DNA from: an uncultured Mucispirillum sp.
GTDB taxonomy: Bacteria; Chrysiogenota; Deferribacteres; Deferribacterales; Mucispirillaceae
NCBI GenBank assembly: GCA_944326705.1
Contig: CALVEY010000006.1
Span: 1,397 to 65,396 of the forward strand
DNA length: 64,000 nucleotides
Direction: 5' to 3'
Part shown: one piece after another, positions 19,887-28,922 of the stretch
How the letters are laid out: every line of letters starts with the position of its first letter
How positions within the stretch are numbered: position 1 is the first letter of the stretch
Made by a program: the position numbers and the translations under genes
Notes under the pieces: generated by a model
What the model saw: the letters and a program-made list of their open reading frames with translations, nothing else
Databases searched by the model: none
Told to the model about the DNA's origin: nothing

Positions 19887-20425
19887 GAAAATTATTAGTT
19901 ATATTATTTACATTAATATCTTTTAATGTATATGCTTCTCCTTATGCAAACCCATGGCTTTATGATAAAATGCTTGATTTTATACAAAACCCAAACTCTT
20001 ATCAGGATAACTTTACAAACGGCATAATGCAGGATAGAAATCCAGATGTTATAGTTGGAGCATTTATAGAAAATGCTTACTCTGTATATGAAAAAGAAGA
20101 AGAGTTTACTTCTGAATTAAAATCATGCGGTGATAACTGCTATCAGGATAACACTTCTGCAGATATATTACAGGCATATCATAAGTTTTTCTATATATTT
20201 GCAACAGTGCTGCCAGTTTCTGAAATATTAATACAAAACCCATCAGCAGATGAAAATTTATCATATTACATACAAAATAAACTTGTAAGCTATAAATGGA
20301 CAAACAAAAACCATTTAGTTATAACTATAGATGAAGAAAAACTGGAATTTAAAAAACAAAAAAACTCTATAATAATAACTACCACAATGCAGGTTTTAAA
20401 AAATTATATATTAAATATACATTAA
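19883..20425 (+). CDS. Exported hypothetical protein, putative immunity protein
   Basis: Signal peptide; start overlaps the M23 stop by 4 bp. Confidence 0.6.
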   Translation: MRKLLVILFTLISFNVYASPYANPWLYDKMLDFIQNPNSYQDNFTNGIMQDRNPDVIVGAFIENAYSVYEKEEEFTSELKSCGDNCYQDNTSADILQAYHKFFYIFATVLPVSEILIQNPSADENLSYYIQNKLVSYKWTNKNHLVITIDEEKLEFKKQKNSIIITTTMQVLKNYILNIH

Positions 20426-20437
20426 ACTAGGTGAGAT

Positions 20438-21079
20438 ATGAGATATAGATATATATTATTAAGTATGATTTTTATTTTATTTTATTCATTAATTGCTTTT
20501 GCATATAATGAGCAGGATATAGATTTATATAACCATTCAAACCAGCATGGGGTTATTTTCCATGCAGAAGATAAAAGAGCATATTATGATAATATAACTT
20601 ATGATGTAATAAGTTCTGGTAAATGCAGTAAAGAACAGTATAAACTTATAAAAAATACAGCCAAAAAATTAAAAGATAAAGAACAGCCATTCTGGGTGTA
20701 TAAATACTGCATTAGTGCAGAATATAAATATAATACTGACAGTATTATAAAAGCATACAACAGCTACAGGTTTGACTTAAATAAGCGGCTGCTTGAAAAT
20801 AAAGATTATAAAGTTATTGATAATATCGCTTCATATCTTCCAGTAAATCTAAAAAAAGGCAGTAATTATCTTTACTACCTGGGTATGAGAAATAATATTA
20901 TAGAATGGAGTGAAGATAACAATACAATGCACATAACACTCCCAATAATGTTCAGCGGCATAATAACCACAATGAGCTTAGAAGAAGATAAAAGCATATT
21001 AGTAAAAGAAATCTTTGTATATGACAGACCAGAAGGACTTCCACAAAATGGCGGATATAAAGATTTATTTATTAAGTAA
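20438..21079 (+). CDS. Exported hypothetical protein, putative immunity protein
   Basis: Signal peptide; weak similarity to the preceding ORF (IIKAYN/ILQAYH, YLPV/VLPV, W...ITL/W...ITI). Confidence 0.6.
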   Translation: MRYRYILLSMIFILFYSLIAFAYNEQDIDLYNHSNQHGVIFHAEDKRAYYDNITYDVISSGKCSKEQYKLIKNTAKKLKDKEQPFWVYKYCISAEYKYNTDSIIKAYNSYRFDLNKRLLENKDYKVIDNIASYLPVNLKKGSNYLYYLGMRNNIIEWSEDNNTMHITLPIMFSGIITTMSLEEDKSILVKEIFVYDRPEGLPQNGGYKDLFIK

Positions 21080-21110
21080 ATATTGGATAATTTTTAAATA
21101 TATATAATAT

Positions 21111-21142
21111 AACCCATCTAATTATTTGCAGGTGGGTTTTTT
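21111..21142 (+). terminator. Intrinsic terminator
   Basis: AACCCATCT/AGGTGGGTT stem followed by TTTT. Confidence 0.75.
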
Positions 21143-21230
21143 ATTTGTGACTTAAAAGACATTACGGACAATCTGTATTTTGCCTGCTGTTATAAGAATA
21201 TAACATTATTAAATAACAAGTGAGGCAGAT

Positions 21231-21599
21231 ATGGATAAAATATATATCAGTATTATATCTATACTTATAATCATTATCATATCACTTTCTATTTATATAT
21301 TAATAAAAACAGGCGTTTATAATAGTATTATTAAAGATTTACAGTCAGAAAATAAGCAGCTTCTTTCTCAAATAAGCAGTGCTGAAAGTTTGATTGATTT
21401 TCAAAATACTAAAATAAATAACTATGCCATTAATATAAAAAAAGCAGAAGAAAAATATATGCAGGATATAAATAGTATTAACGAAAAGTATAACAGTCTG
21501 CATGAAAAATACAGCAGTATAAATAATATAGAATGTAAAGATATGATGCAGATAATAGATGAAAACCAAAGGAGATTTTTAAATGAAAGAGAAAATTAA
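21231..21599 (+). CDS. Putative i-spanin (Rz-like)
   Basis: Single N-terminal TM helix, long coiled coil, one C-terminal Cys; first gene of a lysis-type cluster. Confidence 0.6.
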   Translation: MDKIYISIISILIIIIISLSIYILIKTGVYNSIIKDLQSENKQLLSQISSAESLIDFQNTKINNYAINIKKAEEKYMQDINSINEKYNSLHEKYSSINNIECKDMMQIIDENQRRFLNEREN

Positions 21600-21996
21600 A
21601 CAATTTTTCATAAATATATATGAAAAAGTAAAAGCTTATATTTTAGAAAAAACAGCAAAAATAAAAGAAATTATTAAATCAACAGTAGATGACTTTACTA
21701 TCATAGATATAGAAGAAGGAAAGGCAAGATATTCTTTAAACTGGTGGTTTATGAAATCATTAAAATGGCTGATTGCTGCTGTATTAGCAGTTTTAACATT
21801 ACTTTTATGGGGCTGCAGTGGTGCTGTGGTTACAAAATATTACCCGGTATCTGTTCCTGTTGCATGCAGTGTAGATATGCCTTTAAAGCCTGAATATAAT
21901 GAAAATATAGTGATTACAAATTTAAATATACTATCTTATGCAGAAAAGCTTAAATCGGCTTTAGAAGTATGTAAAAATGGAGGCTTAAATGATTGA
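21583..21996 (+). CDS. Putative o-spanin lipoprotein (Rz1-like); possible internal start at 21751
   Basis: MKSLKWLIAAVLAVLTLLLWGC lipobox, Pro-rich VPVAC..DMPLKP, C-terminal Cys; overlaps the previous ORF by 17 bp. Confidence 0.65.
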   Translation: MKEKIKQFFINIYEKVKAYILEKTAKIKEIIKSTVDDFTIIDIEEGKARYSLNWWFMKSLKWLIAAVLAVLTLLLWGCSGAVVTKYYPVSVPVACSVDMPLKPEYNENIVITNLNILSYAEKLKSALEVCKNGGLND

Positions 21997-22324
21997 TAGA
22001 GCATTTAACCTGCCTGCAGAAATATGGCAGTGGCTTTGGCTTTTTATAGTATCATTTACTGGCGGGGTAGTTGGATTTATTACAAAAATATCCCCTACAT
22101 TAAAGGGCAGGTCATTTAGAGCAAAATTTTTAGCATTATGTATGGGCATGATAAACAGTATGTTCATAGCATACATAAGCTATGAAATATTAATGAGTCT
22201 TATTGATAAGCAAGGGCTGGCAGTTGCTCTTGCTGGTATGGCTGCATTTACAGGCACAGATTTGCTTATTATTACACAAAATAAAATAATAGAGTTAATA
22301 AAAAGAAAAATGGATAATATTTAG
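21989..22324 (+). CDS. Phage-type holin, about 3 TM helices
   Basis: 111 aa, three hydrophobic segments with small-residue motifs (GGVVG, AGMAAFTG), basic C-terminus, adjacent to an endolysin. Confidence 0.72.
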   Translation: MIDRAFNLPAEIWQWLWLFIVSFTGGVVGFITKISPTLKGRSFRAKFLALCMGMINSMFIAYISYEILMSLIDKQGLAVALAGMAAFTGTDLLIITQNKIIELIKRKMDNI

Positions 22325-22451
22325 GAAAATAATAAGCAGAATAAGCATGCAGAAATAAAATAATAACAAAAAATTAATCATAAATTTTTATTAGGCGGGC
22401 TTATTAAGTAAATCTATTTAAGCCCTTATAAAAAAGCAGAGGTAATAAATT

Positions 22452-22814
22452 ATGGGATTATCAAAAAGAAGTATACAAAAATTAAACACTTGTCATAGTG
22501 ACTTGATAAAATTAATTGAAGCTGTGGCAGAAGATGAAAAATGTGCAGTAATATGCGGTTTTCGCGGCAGATATGAGCAGGAAAAAGCATATTATGCAGG
22601 CAAAAGCAAAGCAAAGTGGGGCATGAGCAGGCATAATTTAAAGCCGTCTCATGCAGTAGATGTGGTGCCGCTTCCATTAGACTGGAATGATATTGCAAGT
22701 TTTGAAAAACTTGGCGAAAAAATTATGCAGAAAGCAAAGGATTTAGGCATAAAAATCAAGTGGGGCAGAGATTTTAAAGGATTAAAAGATTATCCCCATT
22801 TTGAATTAGTTTAA
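22452..22814 (+). CDS. M15-family endolysin (L-Ala-D-Glu peptidase type)
   Basis: GFR...EQ, SRH....SHAVD, WGRDF, DYPHFEL; no signal peptide. Confidence 0.9.
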   Translation: MGLSKRSIQKLNTCHSDLIKLIEAVAEDEKCAVICGFRGRYEQEKAYYAGKSKAKWGMSRHNLKPSHAVDVVPLPLDWNDIASFEKLGEKIMQKAKDLGIKIKWGRDFKGLKDYPHFELV

Positions 22815-22822
22815 TATATTAT

Positions 22823-22861
22823 GATGCTGTATCATTATAATAAATGGTGCAGTATCTTATT
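22823..22861 (+). terminator. Terminator-like hairpin after the endolysin
   Basis: GATGCTGTATCATT/AATGGTGCAGTATC 14-bp stem with three G-U pairs, then TTATT. Confidence 0.65.
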
Positions 22862-23118
22862 ATTTTTCTATTAATATTATATTAATTTTATCTTATATAT
22901 TATTTATAAATTAAAACAAATTTTTGATTTATGATTTTAAAAATAAAGCCGATAAGTAAAAAAGTGATACTTTATAATAATTTATAAAAATATTTCATTG
23001 CAAAATTAAGAAAAATATATTAAACTAACCATAGTGTCAAAAGGTGTGGAATTATATATCATTTTTCTATGAGATTAAAGTAGTAGTATATTATTGTAGA
23101 ATAATAAGGAGCTATTTA

Positions 23119-24114
23119 ATGAGTAAATTTAGATCTTTTGTTATAAAAGAAAACAATGGAGCTATTGTTAAGGATGTAATTTTGGAAAATACTGAAAACC
23201 TGCCAGCAGGTGATGTTTTAATTAAAGTAATGTATTCTACTATTAACTCTTATGATGTACTCTTTTCTAGGGAAAATACTCCTTTTCGCAATAATACATA
23301 CCCTTATGTTCCAGGTGTTGATGCGGCAGGTATAGTTGTGGAGTCTAACTCTACCCATTACAGGGAAGGGGATGAAGTATTAATATTTGGCAATGGTTTA
23401 GGGCAGGAAGTGCCTGGTGGCTTTGGTCAGTTTGTCCGTGTTCCAGAATCTTGGATTGTAAGCCTGCCAACAGGGCTTTCTATGCAGGATAGTATGACTC
23501 TTGGCTCTGACGGTATTGCTGCAGCTATTTCTGTTATGGAGATTATGGCAGCAGGTATACAGACTAATTCTAAAGATGTAATTGTTGGCGGCTCAGCTTA
23601 CGGCATTGGCGCTTTTGCTGTTTCCATACTTAGTTTATGCGGCTATAATGTTACAGCTGTTACTAAATATATGGAATGCGAAGATTTTATATATGAACTA
23701 GGTGCAAAAAAAGTTCTTAGTTTAGACAGCTTTGCAGATAAATCCGGCAGGCATTTATTAGAAGATAAATATGTAGCAGGTATAGACACTCTTGGTGGCG
23801 ATGTTTTAAACACAATGATACGCTCAGTTAAAGGGGGCTCAACTATTGCTGTGTGCGGTGCTGTTCTTAGTGAAACATTTTCTTCTTCATTACTGCCTTT
23901 AATATTAAGGGGTATTAACCTTGTTGGTATCGATTCTCTCAGGTGCTCTCACAGCTTAAAAAGGGAAGCTCTTTATAAACTTGCAGGCGACTGGTATCTT
24001 AAAACTCTTTCATTTATGTGTAATGAAATATCTATTTTTGAAATCAACGAATATCTTGATAAAATGAATAATAACCCAATCAAAGGAAGGATAGTTATTA
24101 ATCACAAGTTATAG
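23119..24114 (+). CDS. YhdH/AcuI-like quinone oxidoreductase (MDR family), divergent
   Basis: AAGGAG RBS before ATG 23119; PGVDAAG, MTLGSDG, LILRGINLVGIDS. Confidence 0.82.
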   Translation: MSKFRSFVIKENNGAIVKDVILENTENLPAGDVLIKVMYSTINSYDVLFSRENTPFRNNTYPYVPGVDAAGIVVESNSTHYREGDEVLIFGNGLGQEVPGGFGQFVRVPESWIVSLPTGLSMQDSMTLGSDGIAAAISVMEIMAAGIQTNSKDVIVGGSAYGIGAFAVSILSLCGYNVTAVTKYMECEDFIYELGAKKVLSLDSFADKSGRHLLEDKYVAGIDTLGGDVLNTMIRSVKGGSTIAVCGAVLSETFSSSLLPLILRGINLVGIDSLRCSHSLKREALYKLAGDWYLKTLSFMCNEISIFEINEYLDKMNNNPIKGRIVINHKL

Positions 24115-24146
24115 TTGTTTAATATGTTTCATTAGGCAGGTTTTTT

Positions 24147-25250
24147 ATGCTGCGTGTTATTGTATTTGCTTTTTTCATGCTGGTTTCTTTTAATTTAACT
24201 GCAGCCCCTGCTGTCAGCTTTATAGAGTTTACACCTATTGCTGCTATTTCAGATGGTTATTCTTTTGGCATATCAGAGATAAAAGTAAATAAACGCACAA
24301 TCTATACTGTCAGCTTTAAAAAAGGCAAAGATGTTTTTGCAGTCACTCCCGAAAATATGCTTCGCGGATATTATCCAGACCTTACTTTTACAGGGCTTGC
24401 AATTAATAAAAATACAATAGTAATTGGTGGTAAAGAAAGATATTCTTCCAACGAGCCATGGATTTTTATGTTTAAAATTCAGGATAAAAAAATATCTATT
24501 GCTGATATTATTACAAAAGCAACAGTAAATGAGTATAAGTATAATTTTGAATATAACCTTCCAAGTATTGATGCTCCAAGAAGTCTTCCAGATGTAGATA
24601 AAGATAAAAAGCCTGAAATAGAGCTGGATTTTTATGAAACAGGTATCACATTATATGCAGAAATAAAAGATGACAGTTTAAATATAGATTATTCATCATC
24701 AAAGTATAATGATATTTTCAATGTGCTTGATGTTATGGATGAAAAAGATGATTATCAGTTTATGCAGTATTTAATATATGGTGCTCTTGCTGGCAGGCTT
24801 ACAAGGCAGCAGGCAGAAGAGATGTATATAAGCCAGATTAGAGAGTCAAACCTTAAACTGCAGCAGCTTATTGCTAATATGAAGCGGATAAAAGAGCTTT
24901 CTGTGCAGAATAATCTTAGCAGTCAAATGGTAGAGTATTTATCTAGAGATATGGAACAGGATGAACTTTTTCAGGTTATTGATAATCTTTCAAATAGCAA
25001 GGAATTTAAAAAACGAATTTTGCTTTTAGATGAGCAGTTAAAACTTTTAAAAATTGATGAGGTAATATTAAACGACTTTGCAACATATATAAGCGGCTAT
25101 TTAACTAATACTGAGTTTGCAGATTTATTAACTATTGCCGCTGCTCCATCATATATAGATATTAATACTATTATTTCAAATATCTTTATTTTGGATAATA
25201 TTATGCATAAATATGGCTATAAAATTATATATTTAAAAGCAAGCATATAA
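24147..25250 (+). CDS. Exported hypothetical protein
   Basis: Signal peptide, 367-aa ORF; no recognised motif. Confidence 0.7.
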   Translation: MLRVIVFAFFMLVSFNLTAAPAVSFIEFTPIAAISDGYSFGISEIKVNKRTIYTVSFKKGKDVFAVTPENMLRGYYPDLTFTGLAINKNTIVIGGKERYSSNEPWIFMFKIQDKKISIADIITKATVNEYKYNFEYNLPSIDAPRSLPDVDKDKKPEIELDFYETGITLYAEIKDDSLNIDYSSSKYNDIFNVLDVMDEKDDYQFMQYLIYGALAGRLTRQQAEEMYISQIRESNLKLQQLIANMKRIKELSVQNNLSSQMVEYLSRDMEQDELFQVIDNLSNSKEFKKRILLLDEQLKLLKIDEVILNDFATYISGYLTNTEFADLLTIAAAPSYIDINTIISNIFILDNIMHKYGYKIIYLKASI

Positions 25251-25260
25251 GAGGTAGTGT

Positions 25261-26583
25261 ATGTCAAAAACAAATAGAATGGCAGGTTTTTTTATTATTT
25301 TAGCAGCAATATATTACTGCTGGAATGCTTATGTAATACCTGTAAGGGGAGATGAGGCGTATATTTATTTAAAAAGTATAGGTCTTTCCTGGACAACTTT
25401 AGCGCCAACTGGTTTGATTGAGTATATCCTTAAAGGTATGGATTTTTTTGGCTCTTCTGCATTACAGTTAAGGCTGCCGTCTATTATTTTTATTTCATTT
25501 TCTGCCCTTATTATATATGAACTTACATTGAAAATATCAGATACTTATGGTGCATGGTTCAGCTTAATATTATTTTTTGTATCACCTTCTGTAACATACT
25601 CATATATGTCTATGACACCTAATGCACTTCTTATTTTCTGTTTTACTGCATATATTTATGCTTTTTATATGATAACTTCTGGAGATAAATCTTTAAAATA
25701 TTATATATGGCTTGCTGTGGCTGTAATATGTGCCATTAGTGTGCATTTTTCTGGAATACTGCTTTTATTAACCCATATTGCATACAGCTTTATAAAAAAG
25801 GATACTCTTTCTGATAAAAAATATTTATTTGTTACAATTTTATCTACTGCAGCATTATTAATATTAGCTTTATGCCATTATTATGGGATTTTTGATTTAT
25901 TTTATAAATATCCAATTGAGCCACGAGGCCAGTTTATATATAGATTTATTCTTTTTACAATAATATATCTGCCTGCTATGTTTATTATTTTTGCAGCAGT
26001 AAGAAATAAGAAAATAGATGATGAAATATTTCCATTATTTACAGCGTGTATAATTTTTGCAACAGGTGGTATTATTTTTAGTATAGTATCTGATTATGAT
26101 GTTCGTAATTTAGGTGCTGTGCTTGTGCCTGCAGTGATTTTATCTGGCTATTATTATGAAGTATATGGGTATAAAAGAACAATAGGCATTATTACAGCTG
26201 TATTAGTGCTGGTATCAGTATATACAAATATAAGCAGTAAGTCACTGCTTACACCAAAATATATGGATAATACAAGAATATATGAATCTATTAGAATGTC
26301 TATGCAGAGTATATTAGGAAGCTATGGCAACTGTATTTTCAGCCATGACCCAGAACTTTCATCTATTCTTTCATATAACACATTTACTTATCCAGAAGCC
26401 TGCACATTAGATGAATGCAGCAGTGTATCAGGTGTATTTGTTTCAAAAGAAAAAGAGGAAGATTTAACTAAGTATTTTGCAGAAGTCCATGAAGCAAATA
26501 TTTACAGGTTTATGAGCGTAAAAGACGGCGCATTTAAATTTTATTTTTATCAGGTAAATGGTTTAAAGAAAAATCAGGAATAA
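25261..26583 (+). CDS. Polytopic GT-C glycosyltransferase (GT39/ArnT-PMT-like)
   Basis: RGDEAY after the first TM helix, LRLPS, MTPN, many TM segments. Confidence 0.72.
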   Translation: MSKTNRMAGFFIILAAIYYCWNAYVIPVRGDEAYIYLKSIGLSWTTLAPTGLIEYILKGMDFFGSSALQLRLPSIIFISFSALIIYELTLKISDTYGAWFSLILFFVSPSVTYSYMSMTPNALLIFCFTAYIYAFYMITSGDKSLKYYIWLAVAVICAISVHFSGILLLLTHIAYSFIKKDTLSDKKYLFVTILSTAALLILALCHYYGIFDLFYKYPIEPRGQFIYRFILFTIIYLPAMFIIFAAVRNKKIDDEIFPLFTACIIFATGGIIFSIVSDYDVRNLGAVLVPAVILSGYYYEVYGYKRTIGIITAVLVLVSVYTNISSKSLLTPKYMDNTRIYESIRMSMQSILGSYGNCIFSHDPELSSILSYNTFTYPEACTLDECSSVSGVFVSKEKEEDLTKYFAEVHEANIYRFMSVKDGAFKFYFYQVNGLKKNQE

Positions 26584-26891
26584 ATTAAGATAATATTATA
26601 AAAAGCTGTAATATTTAAAAATTTTATACTTTTAAACATTCTAAATATATATGTATGTCTGCTTTTATATTTATATGATACCTTATGCTTTTTAAAGAAT
26701 AACTGCAATATAATTTTACTGCTTTAAAATATATAAATTCAGTATTATGTTTTTATTTATCTTTTTTGCTTTTTTATTTACAGGGCAGGTGTATGTATTA
26801 TAATAAGTGTAAAAATTATAATAATACTATTTTATAAAACTATAAAACATATTCTTACATAGTAATATTAATGATACAAGACATTATAATA

Positions 26892-27848
26892 TTAAGCAGT
26901 TAATGATATAAGAGAGCCGATATTATAAGAGGCAGCAGTTATATTCTGATTATTTTTCTGCTGTATTGATGTAACATTACTTTCTCTTAAATTTTGAACT
27001 GGTGCTTGAGCTGCAGCTGTATTAGATGCATTATCAGTATTATTTGCTTTATCTGCACTTTCTTTTGATGAAATATTAGTATTTGCAGAAGATGTACTGC
27101 TGTCAGTATTTACTGTAGTATTAGAATTTGCTGTATTTTCTGTATTATTTTCACTTTCACTTACAGTGCCAGTTTTGTTTTCTGTATCTGTATTTGTATC
27201 TGCATTAATTTCTGCATTATTCTGGCTTGTTAATTCTTTTCTTGCTTCGCTCATCATCTGCCTTGCAGCTGAGGCTACTTTCTGGTCCTGCCCTGATGGC
27301 TCAGCAGGGGCAAGAGCTGCTTTAATAACTACCTGAGCTTTTGCAATAGTTGCTTCTGGGTCACCGTCAACAGGGGAAGTATCAATATTTACACTGCCGC
27401 CAACTGCATACTGTTTACCATCTGGTCCAGTTTGATAATCATAAGTTGCTCCACCCTTAACATAAGAGCCGCCTGCAGCAATATGTGCCTGCTCATGAGT
27501 TTTTACTTCTCTGTCTCTTGCTTTAAGCTCGTCTATTTGTTTTTGTTCTTCTTCTGTAAGCTGTTTATCAGAACTGCTGCTTTTTTCAGGCCTTGAAGCA
27601 AGTATTTCTTCACCAGTTAAATATGAAGATGTATTTTCATTATTATTAGAATTATTACTTGAAGTGTTTTCATTGTTTTCTTTATAAGTGCTTGATGTTG
27701 CTTGAGTTTGAACAGATTTCTCATCTACTGCTTTAACATTTTCCTGTGCTTGAGAATTAGATGCATTATTAGTGCTTGATGTATCATACTGAGATGAAGT
27801 AACTGGAACATAATTGTAAAAAGAATTTGTTAAAGCAGAAACACTCAT
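26892..27848 (-). CDS. SprA-related family protein with N/S/T-rich flanks
   Basis: LKARDREVKTHEQAH, YQTGPDGKQYAVGGSVNID, AALAPAEPSGQD. Confidence 0.85.
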   Translation of the reverse strand: MSVSALTNSFYNYVPVTSSQYDTSSTNNASNSQAQENVKAVDEKSVQTQATSSTYKENNENTSSNNSNNNENTSSYLTGEEILASRPEKSSSSDKQLTEEEQKQIDELKARDREVKTHEQAHIAAGGSYVKGGATYDYQTGPDGKQYAVGGSVNIDTSPVDGDPEATIAKAQVVIKAALAPAEPSGQDQKVASAARQMMSEARKELTSQNNAEINADTNTDTENKTGTVSESENNTENTANSNTTVNTDSSTSSANTNISSKESADKANNTDNASNTAAAQAPVQNLRESNVTSIQQKNNQNITAASYNIGSLISLTA

Positions 27849-28369
27849 AATTTCCTCACAAATAATAGAAGAAATCAGGCGTGCTGCCTTAATATCAACC
27901 TAATAATATAATCTACTATGCTTAATATAAACTATATTTTATTATTTTGCAAGTAAAAATAATCGTAATTAAAGATAAAATATCTCTGTTTTAACTTTAA
28001 AAAAAGATTTATGTTGATAGATATATTTGTTGATGAAATTTAGTCATTCTGCTTAAAATTTAATCAAAAATATATAGAACAAATGTTGTATTTTGCTAGC
28101 TATATCAAGAAAAAAATAAAAAAATTTAAAAAAAATTTTTTTTTATTTTTTTAACTGCAGTATATGTTGATGTTACATCCATATCTTATTGATAAATCAT
28201 TATATTTTTACTAAAAGTTATAGTGAATATGTTTTTATATTAAATGTTGTGTATAATATTTTAATATATAATATTATTTTTACATTAAAATATTATGTAA
28301 AATTATATATATTTATAATTATTTTATGTTTTTATAAAAAAATAATATGGGGATATATATTTAAATTAC

Positions 28370-28460
28370 TTGACTAATTCTGAAAATTTTATTACAACTG
28401 GGAAAGGATGTCATGAAATGTATTAAAATGTCATAAGATGTATAAAGAGGGTTAAGTGGG
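28370..28460 (+). promoter_or_regulatory. dcw promoter with phased 10-bp repeats (putative MraZ boxes)
   Basis: TTGACT-17-TACAAC; then CTGGG 28398, ATGT at 28408/28418/28428/28438, AGGG 28448, GTGGG 28456. Confidence 0.65.
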
Positions 28461-28917
28461 ATTTTCAGGTAACTATCTGAACAAATTTGATGATGCTGGC
28501 AGATTAAGTCTTCCTGCAAAAATGCGCGAAGAGCTTCGTGCCAGCTTTGGAAATGATGCGTTAATGGCTTATACCTTTGGCGGGATAGTGAAAGTCTACC
28601 CAAAATCCGTTTATGATGCGAATATGAAAAATATGCATGAAGCAGCTAAAAAAGATGTAACTGCATATAAAATATTTAGGAAAATAAGTTCATCAGCTTT
28701 TGCTATAGATATAAACAGTTCTGGCAGAATGAATATACCTACACAAATTAGACAGAGTGCTGATTTAAAAGATGAGTGCTATGTTATCGGGGCTTATGAT
28801 GTTATAGAGCTTTGGAACAAAGAAAAATGGGAAAAAGAAAGTGCTTCTCTTGATTTAGATTTAGAAGAAAATGCTGATGTTTTAGCAGGTTTTATGGATA
28901 TGATTGTTTCGGAGTAA
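28456..28917 (+). CDS. mraZ: Division/cell wall cluster repressor MraZ
   Basis: GTG start; DDAGRLSLP and DINSSGRMNIP repeats, IELW; first gene of dcw. Confidence 0.92.
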   Translation: MGFSGNYLNKFDDAGRLSLPAKMREELRASFGNDALMAYTFGGIVKVYPKSVYDANMKNMHEAAKKDVTAYKIFRKISSSAFAIDINSSGRMNIPTQIRQSADLKDECYVIGAYDVIELWNKEKWEKESASLDLDLEENADVLAGFMDMIVSE

Positions 28918-28922
28918 TATAA

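Noticed and set aside
21231-22814. Prophage call
   Set aside because: Only lysis genes are present; no integrase, structural or replication genes and no att repeats seen. A remnant origin remains possible
22948-22955. Sigma28 promoter (GCCGATAA)
   Set aside because: Perfect -10 but no TAAA-like -35 at the expected spacing
23044-23118. Longer N-termini in the ORF track (also 43373, 55208, 57631, 60006, 61194)
   Set aside because: Downstream ATGs have better RBS placement, signal peptides or family-typical starts
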